A DNA stretch of 64,000 bases from a virus. The position numbers and the translations under genes are program-made. The stretch covers positions 1 through 64,000 of IMG/VR virus record IMGVR_UViG_3300043777_000086. The stretch is one strand, 5' to 3'. Positions 1-8,753 of the stretch are shown here, in pieces (position 1 is the stretch's first letter; every line of letters begins with the position of its first letter). Below the pieces are notes generated by a model. It was not told where the DNA came from, made no database searches, and was given only the letters and a program-made list of their open reading frames with translations.

Positions 1-486
1 GCGCGGGAATCTAGCAGCGTCGTGGCGCGGGAATCTAGCCGCGTCGTGGCGCGGGAATCTAGCAGCGTCGAGGCGTGGGAATCTAGCAGCGTCGAGGCGT
101 GGGAATCTAGCCGCGTCGAGGCGCGGGAATCTAGCAGCGTCGTGGCGCGGGAATCTAGCCGCGTCGAGGCGTGGGGATCTAGCCGCGTCGTGGCGCGGGA
201 ATCTAGCAGCGTCGAGGCGTGGGAATCTAGCAGCGTCGAGGCGCGGGAATCTAGCCGCGTCGAGGCGCGGGAATCTAGCAGCGTCGTGGCGCGGGAATCT
301 AGCAGCGTCGTGGCGCGGGAATCTAGCCGCGTCGTGGCGTGGGAATCTAGCAGCGTCGAGGCGCGGGAATCTAGCAGCGTCGTGGCGCGGGAATCTAGCC
401 GCGTCGTGGCGCGGGAATCTAGCAGCGTCGAGGCGTGGGAATCTAGCAGCGTCGAGGCGTGGGAATCTAGCCGCGTCGAGGCGCGG
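1..486 (+). repeat. Tandem 24-bp coding repeat, 20 full copies
   Basis: Unit GCGYGGGAATCTAGCMGCGTCGWG read directly. Bases 1-120 are identical to 361-480. Confidence 0.98.
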
Positions 487-996
487 GCTATATCTTGCGT
501 TCATCAGAAGTCTTCGGTGCCTACTCAGGTTTACGGGCAGGCGAGCTGCTACCATCACGACGGCTACGCGGAGCCGGTGAGTAAATCCGATCGCTGTTTT
601 ATCATCCCGGTTCGCCGATTAACGGGAAATGACGGCTGGCTGGAAGAGAACGGGATCGACCCTAGCGACGGCTATGTGGTGCTATTCAAGCGCGTCTCTA
701 AAGACCTTCTCACGCAAGAGGGCACGGAGAACGAAACAAGCTGGCCCATCGGCGAGATGGTCACGCACGCAAACTGGAACCCGATTACAGCCGAGTGCGG
801 GCGCGGAAAATTTCATGCCTGCTCCCGCCCGTACTTCGCCGATGAATTCCGCGATACCATAGGCGATCGTTACATTGCGCTCAAGATCGCCGCGGCAGAT
901 CTACATGCGTGGCCGAATCCCGAGTACCCGCATAAGATCGCGTTCAGGACTGGTCTGGTACTGCACGAATGCGACCGATGGGGAGACAAAATCTAG
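1..996 (+). CDS. 5'-truncated phage protein: 8-aa repeat (A[R/W]ESS[S/R]V[V/E]) solenoid followed by a globular C-terminal domain
   Basis: Frame is open from base 1. At least 20 octapeptide repeats precede a domain with the ...ECGRGKFHACSRP... motif typical of phage repeat-tailed proteins. Confidence 0.85.
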   Translation, partial: ARESSSVVARESSRVVARESSSVEAWESSSVEAWESSRVEARESSSVVARESSRVEAWGSSRVVARESSSVEAWESSSVEARESSRVEARESSSVVARESSSVVARESSRVVAWESSSVEARESSSVVARESSRVVARESSSVEAWESSSVEAWESSRVEARAISCVHQKSSVPTQVYGQASCYHHDGYAEPVSKSDRCFIIPVRRLTGNDGWLEENGIDPSDGYVVLFKRVSKDLLTQEGTENETSWPIGEMVTHANWNPITAECGRGKFHACSRPYFADEFRDTIGDRYIALKIAAADLHAWPNPEYPHKIAFRTGLVLHECDRWGDKI

Positions 997-1004
997 GAGA
1001 TTTT

Positions 1005-1244
1005 ATGCTAAAACCAATCACACTCGCGATCACACGGGCGCTGCGATCCACGCGCCCCGAGGAGCCGATGGGTATGACTAACGATGTGCCTGCGATCGTG
1101 GTCCCGTGGGCGCGCTGGAATCGCACGGTGGATGCAATCGCGTCTGAGTTGGAGCCGTTCAAGGTCGATGCAATCGAGTTTTTGCATCACTGCGGTCTTG
1201 ATCGCCAGGTCCCCTTCGATGATCTGGAGGTCACGCGCTGGTGA
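1005..1244 (+). CDS. hypothetical phage protein
   Basis: AGGAG RBS before ATG 1005; stop overlaps the next start. Confidence 0.7.
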   Translation: MLKPITLAITRALRSTRPEEPMGMTNDVPAIVVPWARWNRTVDAIASELEPFKVDAIEFLHHCGLDRQVPFDDLEVTRW

Positions 1245-1471
1245 CCGCCGCCACCGCTCAAGCGCGCTATCGGCCGCATCGGGTAGTCGTATGCGCCAGG
1301 CGCAATCTAAAATTGGGCTCTATTCAGATCATCGAAAACACACCGGATGGGGAGCCTTGCGAGCAACCGTGCAGGATCATCCGGCGCGTCAGCAAGGCCG
1401 CGTACCTGCTTCAGTGGCCGCATCCGGTCGCGGTGCGCGGCAACTTTTTCTTCGAGGTCGAAACCGATTGA
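1241..1471 (+). CDS. hypothetical protein
   Basis: GTGA coupling, GGAGG RBS. Confidence 0.6.
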   Translation: MTAATAQARYRPHRVVVCARRNLKLGSIQIIENTPDGEPCEQPCRIIRRVSKAAYLLQWPHPVAVRGNFFFEVETD

Positions 1472-1537
1472 GTCTCGCGCCCCCTTATCCGGTGTCGGAT
1501 ATCGGGGCGGGCGGCTACGTCGCTCAAAGGAGAAATT

Positions 1538-1819
1538 ATGGCACGCTTTAGACATCGCGTTGCTTTCAATGCTGATCTGTTTTTGACCATCGAGACCGAT
1601 TCAGGCGATGACGGGTTGGAGCAACTGGAGCCGCTCATAATCGCGCGACTCCAGGAGATCAACGAACACGCCGTGATCAACGATCTGCGGATGCCGATCG
1701 CTGAGTTGTCGGACGTGGATGGCGTTATTTTCCCGCGTATCTCCGTACTGGATCATTCGGCTGATTCGCATCTCGAAAACCTGACGTATGAAAACTGTGA
1801 GGAGGTAACGAATGCCTGA
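1538..1819 (+). CDS. hypothetical acidic protein
   Basis: AAGGAG RBS. Confidence 0.7.
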   Translation: MARFRHRVAFNADLFLTIETDSGDDGLEQLEPLIIARLQEINEHAVINDLRMPIAELSDVDGVIFPRISVLDHSADSHLENLTYENCEEVTNA

Positions 1820-2306
1820 CTGCATGCCGGCTTCGATGGAGATCGGCGGGGAGATTACCAAGGCCGATCTGGAATTTTTGCTCGCGGCTATCGAGAGTGA
1901 TGGCGCGGGAAGCGAGGATGGTGGCAGCGTTGATCTCGACTACGTATTGGACGCCATAGGCAAGGAGCCGCTCAAGATCGCGGACGATGACGCGGCCTGG
2001 GGGTTGTTCCGAAGGACCGAGGATTTTTGCTTCAAGCACGGCCTAGCCTTCCGGCGACAGTCCGACAGCAAGTATGAATACCCCGGTATGATCGCTTGGT
2101 GGCGGTCGGGAATGACAGACCCGGATTGGTGCAAGGCGACCAACGACGGAGACCCGTACATCACACTCGCTACACTGCGCGGAATCCTCGACACCAGTAG
2201 CCTCAAGGACGTGATCGAGATCCTGGAGCGATCCGAAGTACCGCCGGTTCCGCCGCTCATGCTGAAGGTTATCGACGCTCAGTTTGCGGAGGTGCCGGAT
2301 GCCTAG
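1812..2306 (+). CDS. hypothetical phage protein
   Basis: GGAGGT RBS, overlaps the previous stop. Confidence 0.75.
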   Translation: MPDCMPASMEIGGEITKADLEFLLAAIESDGAGSEDGGSVDLDYVLDAIGKEPLKIADDDAAWGLFRRTEDFCFKHGLAFRRQSDSKYEYPGMIAWWRSGMTDPDWCKATNDGDPYITLATLRGILDTSSLKDVIEILERSEVPPVPPLMLKVIDAQFAEVPDA

Positions 2307-2547
2307 GGCACGGAGACCTATGAGACGCACATCTAAACCTCTGAAAATGCCGAACGGCCTAAAGGTTCTCAACAACATCGAGGTTGCGCGCGCTGCCGGT
2401 AAGAGACTCCGCAACCGAATCATCGCAGGGGCGCTGCGGAAGCGGTTTCCCTGGCTCGGCACCGGCGCGGCTATAGATTACCACGATGAGTGCGTGCGCC
2501 TGGCTGAATTTTATGAGGAGGTGTCGCGCGATGACCAACACCTCTAA
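2299..2547 (+). CDS. hypothetical basic protein
   Basis: GGAGGT RBS before ATG 2299. Confidence 0.6.
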   Translation: MPRARRPMRRTSKPLKMPNGLKVLNNIEVARAAGKRLRNRIIAGALRKRFPWLGTGAAIDYHDECVRLAEFYEEVSRDDQHL

Positions 2548-2773
2548 GCCCGTCCGCCGCGAAACGCTATCCTCGATACGGGAGCGCGGCAAGACGCGAC
2601 CGATCATCGTGGAGCTTGCGAGTACGTACGTGCGCTGTAGGCTAAAGGGTACTCGCCGTGTGTTCGTGGCGACTTACGCGCAGGTTTGGATGCTGGCCGT
2701 GAGAAACGAGATCGAAGCCCGTAAGCGCGAGCGCGAAGAGGCCCGCAAGGCCAAACGAAAGGAACGTGAATGA
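2531..2773 (+). CDS. hypothetical basic protein
   Basis: GGAGGT RBS, ATG 2531. Confidence 0.65.
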   Translation: MTNTSKPVRRETLSSIRERGKTRPIIVELASTYVRCRLKGTRRVFVATYAQVWMLAVRNEIEARKREREEARKAKRKERE

Positions 2774-3255
2774 TGAAGTTAATCGCATTGACTAAGGGCT
2801 ATTACGCCCAGGTGGACGATGAAGATTTTAGTACTTTATCTCGCCATAAGTGGTATGCGCGAACGCAGGTATTTTCAAAAACCGGCAGGGTGAGCGTGTA
2901 TGCGGCACGCAGAGATCATGGCAGGTACGTGTCTATGCACCAAGTCATCCTTGGAATCAAGAACGTGGACCACGAAGATGGCGATGGATTGAATAATCAG
3001 CGCTACAACCTCAGGCCATGCACTAATTCCCAAAATATAGCGAACCAGGAGCCAAGGGGAGGCAAGTACTCGCGCTATAAGGGCGTAACGTTTAGCCTAA
3101 GGGACAAGAAATGGATCGCCCAGATAACAGCAAACAACACCCACAGGTTTATTGGATTGTTTAAGGAACAGGCCGATGCAGCGCAAGCCTACAACCTAGC
3201 AGCCTTTGAGGTTTTTGGGGACTTTGCTCGATTGAACCAGACGGTGCCGAGATGA
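2770..3255 (+). CDS. HNH-AP2 homing endonuclease
   Basis: VDHEDGDGLNNQRYNLR HNH motif followed by SRYKGV...KWIAQI...AAQAYN AP2 domain. Confidence 0.92.
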   Translation: MMKLIALTKGYYAQVDDEDFSTLSRHKWYARTQVFSKTGRVSVYAARRDHGRYVSMHQVILGIKNVDHEDGDGLNNQRYNLRPCTNSQNIANQEPRGGKYSRYKGVTFSLRDKKWIAQITANNTHRFIGLFKEQADAAQAYNLAAFEVFGDFARLNQTVPR

Positions 3256-3497
3256 GACGTCTTTTCCAGCTTGTTCGCATCCCCGAGGGCGCGCATCCAC
3301 CCGATGATAGGGCTGTGGAGCTTGGCGTGCCCTGCGCGTCGCTAGAACGCGCCCGGTCGCTCGCACAGGCTATCCATACAGATCATCCCGACTGGCCTCT
3401 GGAGATCGAGGTGCAGGAATACGGGCGCAAGATTGGAAATGCGCCCGTAACTTACTCGAATGGCTTGGCGGTTACCCGTCTCGGGGGTGTGTCGTGA
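3252..3497 (+). CDS. hypothetical protein
   Basis: ATGA coupling. Confidence 0.6.
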   Translation: MRRLFQLVRIPEGAHPPDDRAVELGVPCASLERARSLAQAIHTDHPDWPLEIEVQEYGRKIGNAPVTYSNGLAVTRLGGVS

Positions 3498-3733
3498 CGT
3501 TCTCTGAAGCTCTCATGCGCGCCGGCGCGCTGGTGGATCTAGCCCACAAGGCCGTCAAGAGCAGGCCCACTAAGCCGTGCGGGCACTGCGGCGAGATCCC
3601 GCGCGGTGACCGTGAGGAGTATCTGATGGATCAGCAACTTAAGGCCCTGTCGGACAAATGCCGGAGACTCGCCGGAGGGTCTTTCGGCGGGCGGGAGATT
3701 GGTAGAGTCAATCATGGCAGCGACAGCAACTAA
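3494..3733 (+). CDS. hypothetical protein with CxxC
   Basis: GTGA coupling. Confidence 0.55.
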   Translation: MTFSEALMRAGALVDLAHKAVKSRPTKPCGHCGEIPRGDREEYLMDQQLKALSDKCRRLAGGSFGGREIGRVNHGSDSN

Positions 3734-4202
3734 ACCCCGTGTCTCGGACGACCAATTCGTGGCGCTCGTGCTCGAGCAGCGCGGGCGCTGGAAGGCGTTC
3801 GTTCAGGCGCGCGGGTTTGATGAAGCCACCGCCGACGATATCGTGTCGGAGGCCGTCCTGCGCGGGTACCGCTACCTGGGGGCGTTCCGCGGCGAGGCGA
3901 GCCTGCTCTCCTGGATGCTCACGATCATCCTGCGTGAGACGTACACCCACTTCCGGCGGGCGCGGTATCGTATACAAACGGAAAGCCTTGAGGATGAACT
4001 GGTCGACGGGGATACGCTCTCGCGGCCGGAAACGACTACGCGCGCCGCGCTTTTTTCTCAGGTTATGGTGCATGTGAAACGCTTGACGCGCGGAGAGCGT
4101 TTAGCGATCGCGTATTACCTGGATGGCTGGGATAAGCCAAGCCGGTCCGTCCGAGTTCGGAAGTTTCGAGCAGTGCAGAAGTTGAGGGAGAGGCTGTTGT
4201 AG
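3714..4202 (+). CDS. ECF-type sigma-70 family factor (region 4 shortened or degenerate)
   Basis: ADDIVSEAVLRGY..FRGEASLLSWML region 2; VRVRKFRAVQKLR resembles region 4. Confidence 0.8.
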   Translation: MAATATKPRVSDDQFVALVLEQRGRWKAFVQARGFDEATADDIVSEAVLRGYRYLGAFRGEASLLSWMLTIILRETYTHFRRARYRIQTESLEDELVDGDTLSRPETTTRAALFSQVMVHVKRLTRGERLAIAYYLDGWDKPSRSVRVRKFRAVQKLRERLL

Positions 4203-4232
4203 TTGTAGTTTGTTGGAGTTAGTAAAAATCAC

Positions 4233-4262
4233 TTGACAGAATGGTTCGAATCGGCGAAGATT
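4233..4262 (+). promoter_or_regulatory. putative sigma70 promoter
   Basis: Perfect TTGACA at 4233 in an AT-rich intergenic gap; weak -10. Confidence 0.45.
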
Positions 4263-4304
4263 TGTTGTCCACAAGAATTCACAACTCAGGAGAAAACACT
4301 AGAT

Positions 4305-5408
4305 ATGAATAAGGGAATGGAGTTATCGACTTGCGCTCGGGAAATCGCTAGGCAGCAAGGGTTGAAGCGAGACTTCCGGGCACCGGCGGCGCGCATGCGA
4401 ATGAGCGTGCTCTCGCCGGAACAGGAGCGTCAGTCACCGGATGGGTTCAAGATGCGCTTCGCGCTGAACCTGGATGGGCAAGCGCAGCCGTTCGCGGTCC
4501 GCAAGCTCGCCCACCAGCAGATCGCGGAGCGCGTCAAGGTGCCCTGGAATTACTATGAGCGCTGCATGTCGGAAGCGCCGGAACTGGTCACCGAGAACGT
4601 CAACCACTGGCTCACGCACTCTGACGACGTGCGGCTAGTGCGAACGCTCGACAGTCAAGCCAGGGCCTATCTTGGGGATAAGTACCGGCCGCTCGACAAC
4701 TACGACCTATTCACAGCCGTGGCGCCCACGCTCATGGGCGAGTCGGCGCGCGGCATGCGAATCGAGTCGATCCAGATCACCGAGACGAAGTTTTACATCA
4801 AGGCGTTCACCGACCGGATCACCGGCGAGGTCAAGAAGGGCGATGTCGTGCAGGCGGGCGTGGTCATCACGAATTCCGAGGTCGGACATGGGACGCTGGC
4901 GGTCGAGCCCAGCGTGCTCAGATTACTGTGTTTGAACGGTTTGACCGCAAACGACGCCTCTCTCCGCCGGCGTCACGTCGGCCGGGGTTCCGAGATCCAG
5001 GGAGTTGAAGAGTACTTTTCGGATGCCACGCAGCGCATTACAGACGAGGCTTTCTGGCGTCAAGTCAACGACGTTGTACGTGGGGCGTTTGATGAAATCA
5101 AGTTCAAATCCCTCGTCGAGAAAATGCAGGCGACTCTCGATAACCGGATTCCCGAGGGTGGAGCTACCCTCCAGGAAGTTTCAGAGGTCTTCCAGAAGCG
5201 CTACAGTTTGAGCGCCACCGAGGGCGATATGATTCTCAAAAATCTCATCTCCGGCGGCGATCTCAGCCACTACGGCATTGTCAACGCGATCACCGCGACC
5301 GCGAAGAATGGGGATCTTTCGTACCAGCGGGCGGATGAGTTGGAGCACATCGGTGGACAGGTTCTTGAGTTGTCCCGATCCGAGTGGAAGGAATTGATCG
5401 CCGCATAG
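4305..5408 (+). CDS. DUF932-like phage protein
   Basis: AHQQIA..RTLD..ARAYL..YRPLDN and NSEVGHG..RLLCLNG motifs; AGGAG RBS. Confidence 0.8.
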   Translation: MNKGMELSTCAREIARQQGLKRDFRAPAARMRMSVLSPEQERQSPDGFKMRFALNLDGQAQPFAVRKLAHQQIAERVKVPWNYYERCMSEAPELVTENVNHWLTHSDDVRLVRTLDSQARAYLGDKYRPLDNYDLFTAVAPTLMGESARGMRIESIQITETKFYIKAFTDRITGEVKKGDVVQAGVVITNSEVGHGTLAVEPSVLRLLCLNGLTANDASLRRRHVGRGSEIQGVEEYFSDATQRITDEAFWRQVNDVVRGAFDEIKFKSLVEKMQATLDNRIPEGGATLQEVSEVFQKRYSLSATEGDMILKNLISGGDLSHYGIVNAITATAKNGDLSYQRADELEHIGGQVLELSRSEWKELIAA

Positions 5409-5426
5409 CACCCGCGTCTGCGGGTA

Positions 5427-5455
5427 TTGACCCACACAAGGCTTAGATCCATGAT
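5427..5455 (+). promoter_or_regulatory. putative sigma70 promoter of the GIY-YIG gene
   Basis: TTGACC-17 bp-CATGAT. Confidence 0.55.
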
Positions 5456-5528
5456 GATTTCACCTGCCGACTCAATGTTATCGCGAGGAGTGAGGGTTGC
5501 CTTCAATGGCGACGGCAGGGATTTTATT

Positions 5529-6260
5529 ATGCTTATTTACAAGCTCACCAACACTGTCAATGGTAAGATCTACATCGGCCTGACTACTCAATCCCTGAGT
5601 GATCGCATGTGTGGCCATCGTAGAGCAGCGCGCAAAGGCTCACCTCAATTAATCGCTCGCGCTATCCGGAAATACGGATTCGAGGCGTTCACTGTTGAGG
5701 AAATCGCTACAGCGTCGAGCCTTGAAGAACTCAGATTTCTAGAGGTCTTTTACATAGCTGAGTCACGTAGCGCGGAACGCTCTAGGGGGTATAACAGATC
5801 ACTAGGCGGGGAGGGGGCTTTCGGCGTAAGGGATTCCAAGGCGACGCGCGCTAAGAAATCTGCCAGGATGCAGGGATTTAAACACTCCGAAGAAACTAAG
5901 GCTCTATTATCTAAGCTCGCCAAGGAGCGTGGCGCGTACAAGCAGTTGGTTGCTGGTACTAAACGCGCCTGGGCTGATCCTGAACGGCGCGCAGCATTAA
6001 CAGAGATGCGCAAGGGACGAACATGGAGCGATGAGACTCGAGCTAAGAGTATCGCGGCCAGAGTAGGGCAGAAGCATGGGCGGACGCTGCACACCATAAA
6101 GATGGAGGCACGAATGGCTATTGAGTGCGGCTCCCAGCATCGCACGGAAGTTTACATCAACGCTCGGACGGGAAAGATTTCGTGTGCCTTTTGCAGGAGA
6201 AGGACCGCCACGAGTTACAGGGAGAGGCGAGATTTCAGGGAACAGTTGTACAAACTCTAG
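5529..6260 (+). CDS. GIY-YIG homing endonuclease with NUMOD3-like repeats
   Basis: LIYKLTN..GKIYIG, RKYG, GYN motifs; HSEETKALLS and WSDETRAK repeats. Confidence 0.92.
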   Translation: MLIYKLTNTVNGKIYIGLTTQSLSDRMCGHRRAARKGSPQLIARAIRKYGFEAFTVEEIATASSLEELRFLEVFYIAESRSAERSRGYNRSLGGEGAFGVRDSKATRAKKSARMQGFKHSEETKALLSKLAKERGAYKQLVAGTKRAWADPERRAALTEMRKGRTWSDETRAKSIAARVGQKHGRTLHTIKMEARMAIECGSQHRTEVYINARTGKISCAFCRRRTATSYRERRDFREQLYKL

Positions 6261-6276
6261 GTCTCCGAGTGAGTGA

Positions 6277-6315
6277 ACCCCGTGGGGCATGCACCTACGC
6301 TCCACGGGGATTTTT
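6277..6315 (+). terminator. hairpin plus U-tract, probable intrinsic terminator
   Basis: CCCCGTGG...CCACGGGG followed by ATTTTT. Confidence 0.6.
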
Positions 6316-6326
6316 ATGGAGGGAAA

Positions 6327-6533
6327 ATGGCAAAGCATACTTTATTGCAGATGTTTGATTCGCTCGCGTCAGCCCCGCTGCGCACCTGCAATTCACTGCA
6401 TCATTGCTGCATCTGTAACCGCTCGATCATGATGGGGGAGCGGTATCGAGATCGCGGCTATGGGCGAAGGGCACACGATGCCTGCCTTAAGACAGCGGCG
6501 TCGGATTTGAAGCGCGTTTTGGAGACCGCATGA
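6327..6533 (+). CDS. small Cys/His (Zn-binding-like) protein
   Basis: GGAGG RBS; CCIC...HDAC. Confidence 0.6.
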   Translation: MAKHTLLQMFDSLASAPLRTCNSLHHCCICNRSIMMGERYRDRGYGRRAHDACLKTAASDLKRVLETA

Positions 6534-6958
6534 CTGATCCCAGCCCCAAGCGCACCCGCGCCATGCTCTCGCAGGCCCTGCGCTCGGTGCAGCACCTCGA
6601 ATCGCAGCGCAACCTGCATCAGATCGCCCTGTGCCAGTGGATCGCCGGGAGATTCACCCTGGCGGACTGGTTCCCCGATCCGACACCGGCAGAGATTTCA
6701 CAAGCCCTTAAGGGCGGTGCTGTTGAGATCGCCCGTCACGAGCTGTGGCTGTGGATTCACGACGGCGGCGCCACGGATATCGCGATCGAGATCGTCCGCG
6801 GGCCGGCCGGCCTAGTCATGGCCGCTCACTGGGCGGATGATGTGATCTCGGCAGGAGCGCGGTCCAAAACAAACAACACCGCCGTTCGTTTTGCGGAGGT
6901 TATTTTGAAATATCGAGATCGCTTGGACGGACGCGACGACGTGCAGCCAGGAGATTGA
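6530..6958 (+). CDS. hypothetical protein
   Basis: ATGA coupling. Confidence 0.7.
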   Translation: MTDPSPKRTRAMLSQALRSVQHLESQRNLHQIALCQWIAGRFTLADWFPDPTPAEISQALKGGAVEIARHELWLWIHDGGATDIAIEIVRGPAGLVMAAHWADDVISAGARSKTNNTAVRFAEVILKYRDRLDGRDDVQPGD

Positions 6959-6985
6959 CGCCAAGATCGAAAGGACCATATCCCG

Positions 6986-7273
6986 ATGAGCACCACCAAG
7001 GCCACAAAAGCACAAATGTTGATGGGTGTAAATGTTCAGTTTTGCGGGCACAACGGTTATTTCATTGCTGATGTGCGCCGCGTTGCTGGTGCGGTCGCTA
7101 TCCAGGCAGCGGGTCCTGTTTCGCCAGATAATCTGGTTCGAGATAACAATTTTGGGCGCGCCACGCACATCGTTGTTGATTTTCCGGTACCAGGATTATG
7201 GAAGCCTGCGCTCGGTGTATTTGTGGTTCCAGAAGATCAATTCCGAGAACTCGCAAAGGATGGAGGCCGATGA
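6986..7273 (+). CDS. hypothetical protein
   Basis: ORF coupled to the next gene by ATGA. Confidence 0.65.
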   Translation: MSTTKATKAQMLMGVNVQFCGHNGYFIADVRRVAGAVAIQAAGPVSPDNLVRDNNFGRATHIVVDFPVPGLWKPALGVFVVPEDQFRELAKDGGR

Positions 7274-7440
7274 GCACCACCACCCACACACCCGCAACCG
7301 ATAGGGAGATTTTGAATTGGTTGCAAGAGCAGGTAGTCGATGTAATCTACCTTGATGATGGTCGGATAATCGAAGTTCGCGGCGGAAGTATCCGTAAGGC
7401 ACTTTACGCGGCAATCCTCCGCGCACGGGAAGGCAAGTAA
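7270..7440 (+). CDS. small phage protein (MSTTTHTPATDREILNWL...)
   Basis: GGAGG RBS, ATGA coupling. Confidence 0.65.
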   Translation: MSTTTHTPATDREILNWLQEQVVDVIYLDDGRIIEVRGGSIRKALYAAILRAREGK

Positions 7441-7441
7441 A

Positions 7442-7891
7442 ATGAGCACCAACACACCCCAAGAGATCGCCGCGCGCATCCAGTGCGCGCTCCCTGAAAT
7501 CGGAGTAAACGACTTGGCTGACGTTATGCAAATCTTCCAAGAAGCAATCGTGGCTGAGCGCGCCGCCACGATACCTAATAACACCAATGAGTTAGATGGA
7601 AACCAAGCGTTACCGCGCGCCACGTCTCAAGAACTCGCCGCGAAGGTTTATGCCGATGCAAAAGCGGTCGCTCATTGCGCGCATGGATATCCTACGGGTA
7701 CCGCCATAACCCACATGATTGCAGCGGAAATCGAACGAGAGAGGGCTGTACAGGCTGATTTGCTCGCGGCGCTCGAAGAGGCCATTAAGGATTGCCGTTG
7801 CTCGCTCCGGGAACGCGAGAGCGGACATCTTGTTGATTGTTTCGCGCCCAATGCAATCGAGGCAATACGGCGCGCTCGGGAGGGCCAATAG
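7442..7891 (+). CDS. hypothetical phage accessory protein
   Basis: DLLAALEE motif common in phage accessory proteins. Confidence 0.65.
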   Translation: MSTNTPQEIAARIQCALPEIGVNDLADVMQIFQEAIVAERAATIPNNTNELDGNQALPRATSQELAAKVYADAKAVAHCAHGYPTGTAITHMIAAEIERERAVQADLLAALEEAIKDCRCSLRERESGHLVDCFAPNAIEAIRRAREGQ

Positions 7892-7892
7892 G

Positions 7893-8018
7893 ATGACGAA
7901 ATGGATCTGCATATTTTGCGGCGCAGTGCGCGATCGTCATAACGAAAACGAGCAGTGCTTTATGAACCCTACGCGCAACTGGTGGGGAAATCATCACTGG
8001 TTAAAGGAGGAGCGATGA
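7893..8018 (+). CDS. small Cys-rich protein (MTKWICIFCG...)
   Basis: GGAGG RBS; fills the gap and couples to the next gene. Confidence 0.5.
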   Translation: MTKWICIFCGAVRDRHNENEQCFMNPTRNWWGNHHWLKEER

Positions 8019-8182
8019 GCACCCCACAGCAGGACCCGCTAACCAAGGGACAGCGCATCTGCTTTGATCGTGGCTATCACGAAGACGAAGAGTTTATTGA
8101 CCCACGGTCAGGCGGATTCGTTCGCTGCAAAACCTGTGGTCGAGACGTTGACATAGAAGACCCCGATGGAGACTTAGGATGA
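8015..8182 (+). CDS. small Zn-ribbon-like protein
   Basis: AGGAGG RBS, ATGA coupling. Confidence 0.6.
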   Translation: MSTPQQDPLTKGQRICFDRGYHEDEEFIDPRSGGFVRCKTCGRDVDIEDPDGDLG

Positions 8183-8364
8183 GCGATCTACAGCAGGACC
8201 CGCGCACGCCGCGCATTCTTTATGCCTGCCAAAGATGCGGCGAGGAAGTTGGAGAAGGCGAACAGAGCAACGGTCGCTGTCCATTTTGCAACTGCCCGGC
8301 ACTGGACCCAATCGGAGAATGCGAAGAGGATACCTCACCGACAGCGAGCGCGGAGGACAAATGA
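8179..8364 (+). CDS. small Zn-ribbon protein
   Basis: CQRC...CPFC; ATGA coupling. Confidence 0.6.
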   Translation: MSDLQQDPRTPRILYACQRCGEEVGEGEQSNGRCPFCNCPALDPIGECEEDTSPTASAEDK

Positions 8365-8753
8365 CTGACCCCAAGGAAATCGCCGCACGCATCGTTCAGC
8401 AATTCACTGGGTATATTGAACATCCCCTTCCGGGAGTGTTTCGTCTGCAAGGTTTGATCACAGAAGCAATCTCCGTGCGGGATGCCGAGCACGCAGAAAA
8501 TTTACGATGCTGCCCGAAGGCGTCTCATATTCATGATCTCCCATTACCAGAATCTTGTCCCGCATGTGAGGTTTTAGAATTGCGAGCTGCACAACGCGAA
8601 CTACTTGGTGCGCTGCGCGAGGTTCTAAAAGAATACGATCTGGGGTTCAAAATATCTACCCTAAATTTGCAATTCTACCGTGCGATGCTTGCTAAGTATC
8701 CGGAGGCGGCACAGACCACAAATTTAAAAGGAGAAAAAGATGGCAACACCTGA
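8361..8753 (+). CDS. hypothetical protein (MTDPKEIAARI...)
   Basis: GGAGG RBS, ATGA coupling. Confidence 0.6.
   Translation: MTDPKEIAARIVQQFTGYIEHPLPGVFRLQGLITEAISVRDAEHAENLRCCPKASHIHDLPLPESCPACEVLELRAAQRELLGALREVLKEYDLGFKISTLNLQFYRAMLAKYPEAAQTTNLKGEKDGNT

Noticed and set aside
1-486. CRISPR array
   Set aside because: The repeats are contiguous with no unique spacers and lie in frame in a protein.
4240-4256. tRNA suggested by GGTTCGAATC
   Set aside because: No cloverleaf stems flank it; it lies in a promoter spacer.
5409-6326. Group I intron hosting the GIY-YIG gene
   Set aside because: The flanking genes are complete, the non-coding flanks are short, and the gene has its own promoter and terminator.
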